Source of the DNA: Myxococcota bacterium
Lineage (GTDB): Bacteria; Myxococcota_A; UBA9160; SZUA-336
Direction: 5' to 3'
DNA: 64,000 nucleotides
Assembly (NCBI GenBank): GCA_965247115.1
Contig: CBDFGR010000003.1
Coordinates: forward strand, 384,001 to 448,000
Within the stretch, counting starts at the first letter, position 1. Every line of letters begins with the position of its first letter. Position numbers and translations under genes: made by a program. Positions 61,453-64,000 of the stretch are shown here, in pieces. The notes beneath the pieces were generated by a model. The model had not been told where the DNA came from, made no database searches, and saw only the letters and a program-made list of their open reading frames with translations.

Positions 61453-62301
61453 ATGCTCCCGTCGATCCCCGCCGTCGTCGCGCTGACCGCTGTCCTGGCC
61501 CTCGTACCAGGAGGCGTGACGCTGGCCCAGGCTGGGCAGCCCGAGGAAATCGTCTCCTGCGTGGTGGCCAACATGCCCCAGGGAGACGAGCTTCGTTCCA
61601 TCTCGCTGACGACGCGTGATCGCGCGAACGTCGAGCGTGTGACTCGGGCAGACGTCTTTGCAAGGCACACGGGTCCGGGGTCGAGCCGGACGCTCATCAC
61701 GATGACGGAGCCCGCCGAGCTGGAGGGCTCCGCGGTGCTGATCCTGGAGGATCAGGGCAGCACAGACCTGTGGATTCACGCACCGGACGTCGGGCGAAGG
61801 CGCCTGGAGACGGGAACGGATCAGGCCCAGAGCCTGCTCGGGACGGGTCTTTCCTATGAGGACCTGGGCCAGCTCCTGGGTTTCGTGCGAACGGAGTCCG
61901 AGCGGCTGAGGCGCCTGGACGATGATTGGATCGGCGACCGCGCGACATTCGTGCTGGAGAGCACTCCCGACCCCGGAACGTCGGCGTACCAGCGCATCGT
62001 CACCTCGGTCGACAAGAAGACGTGCGTACCGCTGGAGGCGAAGCTGTACGAGAAGGTAGGTGCGGCCCCCCGCAAGGTAGCGACCACGGACCCGGACCAG
62101 ATCTTCCGCGTGCACTCCACCTGGATCGCTCACACCGTCACGCTCTGGGATCACCGAGACGAGAAGCAGACCGTCCTGCACATCGAGAGCGTCATGCCGG
62201 GCCTGACGCTCCCTGACGTGGCCTTCTCGCCCTCGAGCCTCGGCACGGTAAAGCCGAGAATCGACGTGGAGATCACGTTCGACCCGATCGAGATCAACTG
62301 A
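61453..62301 (+). CDS. Outer-membrane lipoprotein-sorting (LolA-like) exported protein
   Basis: AGGAGG + ATG 61453, signal peptide, P.EL.G...L, LLGTGLSYEDL, SAY. Confidence 0.65.
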   Translation: MLPSIPAVVALTAVLALVPGGVTLAQAGQPEEIVSCVVANMPQGDELRSISLTTRDRANVERVTRADVFARHTGPGSSRTLITMTEPAELEGSAVLILEDQGSTDLWIHAPDVGRRRLETGTDQAQSLLGTGLSYEDLGQLLGFVRTESERLRRLDDDWIGDRATFVLESTPDPGTSAYQRIVTSVDKKTCVPLEAKLYEKVGAAPRKVATTDPDQIFRVHSTWIAHTVTLWDHRDEKQTVLHIESVMPGLTLPDVAFSPSSLGTVKPRIDVEITFDPIEIN

Positions 62302-63187
62302 CCCGGTGAAGCACCGTTTCCGCGCTCGCCGAGGCTGCAATCGGCTTCTTCCCCTTTAGCTGAGTGCGGCGCATGAGGCGTCGACTGTTCGAGTCGAAGG
62401 AATCGCGGTGGTGCATCACTGCCCGGTTGTCCCACATCAGCACGTCGCCCACGCGCCACTGCTGGGTCCACGTGTACTCGGGAGACCCGACGTAGCTCCA
62501 GAGCTCGTCGAGCAGAGCCTCGCTGTCCTCGACCGACAGCGCCGGGATGTAGGCGAGCTGGCGGCGCTCGAGCAGCAGAGCTCTACGTCCGGTCTCGGGA
62601 TGCACGACGGTCAGCGGATGTACGGGGCCCGGTGCGTCTCGAGGATCGGTCGCCTCTTCGTGTCCCCTGCGCAGCTCGCCAGCGCTGTCGTGGGACGCGG
62701 TGTGCTTGAGGCTGAGGGTGGAGACGCGTTCCCGGAGATGTGCCGGAAGAGCGTTGTACGCGGTGTGCATGCTGGTGAAGCTGGTGTCGCCGCCGCTCGG
62801 GGGCACCTCCACCGCGTACAGGACACTGCCGCTGACCGGCTCCTCCACGTACGACAGGTCCGTGTGCCAGTGGGCCTCCAGCGCGCCGAGATCCCCGATG
62901 TGACGCCCGTCTTCCACGATGTTGGAAACGATGGCCACGTAGGGGTTCGGGAGCCGCGCCCGCTCCTCGGCGCTGATACGACCCATAGGTGCGTAGTCCA
63001 GCTCGCCGAAGTTCCGGCTGAACGTCATGAGCTGGTCGTCCGTCAACGTCTGCGCGCGAAAGCGCAGCACCAGGTGTCGGTTCCAGAGGGTTCGCAGCTC
63101 GGCGACCTCCTCGACCGACAAGGGGAGCGAGAGATCGAGATCCCGCACCTCGACGGCCAGATGCTCGCTCAAGCCAATGCTCTTCAC
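62294..63187 (-). CDS. TauD/TfdA family dioxygenase
   Basis: WHTD.SY, GGDT.F, HP...VHPETGR, WDNR.VMHHR. Confidence 0.92.
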   Translation of the reverse strand: MKSIGLSEHLAVEVRDLDLSLPLSVEEVAELRTLWNRHLVLRFRAQTLTDDQLMTFSRNFGELDYAPMGRISAEERARLPNPYVAIVSNIVEDGRHIGDLGALEAHWHTDLSYVEEPVSGSVLYAVEVPPSGGDTSFTSMHTAYNALPAHLRERVSTLSLKHTASHDSAGELRRGHEEATDPRDAPGPVHPLTVVHPETGRRALLLERRQLAYIPALSVEDSEALLDELWSYVGSPEYTWTQQWRVGDVLMWDNRAVMHHRDSFDSNSRRLMRRTQLKGKKPIAASASAETVLHRVS

Positions 63188-63269
63188 GACGCAGAGCCCT
63201 CCACAGCATGGATCTTAGCACTGGCCGTAGTGCTCTACGGCACCATCGCGCGCTTGCTCGTGTAGGAGG

Positions 63270-64000
63270 CTAGAGCTTCGCGATCACCTCGTTGCCCAGC
63301 ACCTCCAGTCCTTTGGTGAGACCATCGCGGTCGAAGGCCGGCGGCCAGCTGACGACGCGGCTCACGCCGAGGTCGCGCAGGCGCTTGATCGCGTCCGCAT
63401 TGCGGAAGCTCGCACCCGCGCTGATCTCGATCTCCGCTGGATCCCGTCCGATCCGAGCGCACTCGTCGTTCAGGACCTGAATCAGCTCGGCGATGTCGCC
63501 CCCGGCCGGGAAGAAGCCGTCTCCGCAGCGGGCTGCACGGCGGGCCGCACCCTTGACGTGCCCGCCGACGACGATCGGAACGCCGCCCGGCTGCACGGGC
63601 TTCGGGTTGGACTCGACCGCCTCCCAGGCGTAGAACTCGCCCTTGAACGCCTCTGCCTTCTCGCTCCAGAGCGAACGGATCGCGCGGATCGACTCCTCGG
63701 TACGGCCCACGCGCTCGTCGAACGGGACCCCGACAGCGGCAAACTCCTCGTGGAGCCAGCCGATCCCCACACCAAGGATCGCACGACCCCCAGAGAGTAC
63801 GTCGAGGGTTGCGAACTCCTTTGCAACGTAGGCGGGATGCCGCTGCGGGAGGATGATGACGCCAGTTGCAACGCGGAGAGTCTTCGTCACGGCCGCACAG
63901 AACATCAGGGGCAGCACGGGATCCGGAATCGACACGTCCTCGGCCCCCGGCATCCGACCACTGGGGCTATAGGGGTACTCCGCGGTGTAGCCGACGGGGA
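63270..64000 (-). CDS. LLM-class (putatively F420-dependent) oxidoreductase, 5' end outside the window
   Basis: Frame open to the edge (PVGYTAEYPYSPSGRM..); TLDVLSGGR..GVGIGW..EEF, PKPVQ, GDGFFP. Confidence 0.88.
   Translation of the reverse strand, partial: PVGYTAEYPYSPSGRMPGAEDVSIPDPVLPLMFCAAVTKTLRVATGVIILPQRHPAYVAKEFATLDVLSGGRAILGVGIGWLHEEFAAVGVPFDERVGRTEESIRAIRSLWSEKAEAFKGEFYAWEAVESNPKPVQPGGVPIVVGGHVKGAARRAARCGDGFFPAGGDIAELIQVLNDECARIGRDPAEIEISAGASFRNADAIKRLRDLGVSRVVSWPPAFDRDGLTKGLEVLGNEVIAKL

Noticed and set aside
1..64000. CRISPR array, rRNA or tRNA
   Set aside because: No regularly spaced repeats and no recognisable rRNA or tRNA sequence seen by eye

Overview
A 64-kb, high-GC window from a diderm bacterium (TonB receptor, PilZ, LolA-like and PQQ proteins are present). 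A Myxococcota/deltaproteobacterial origin is an impression only, not a test result. 1-30 kb is a catabolic island with no visible regulators: a selenoprotein, cupins, an amidase, a tandemly duplicated alpha/beta-hydrolase + CocE/NonD pair, flavin monooxygenases, a TonB receptor and two PQQ dehydrogenases. 30-64 kb holds a multidomain carboxylase, a LigC/Prim-PolC/PolX repair cluster, a CoA transferase interrupted by TAG, a hybrid phosphorelay, a peptide ABC transporter and thiamine salvage genes. Main signals: (1) Two diverged copies of a ~1.35-kb HNH-nuclease element (12222-13571 and 48683-50032). Each is bracketed by 18-nt (C/T)CGG-centred palindromes with covarying arms and identical spacing (276 nt to the ATG, 1309 nt between palindromes), carries a conserved non-coding leader, and one copy is followed by a strand-asymmetric loss of C. 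(2) A UGSC-type selenoprotein that the ORF track splits at an in-frame UGA (C-U-G-S-C), followed by a SECIS-like hairpin 11 nt downstream. All product calls come from motif recognition by eye; no searches were run.
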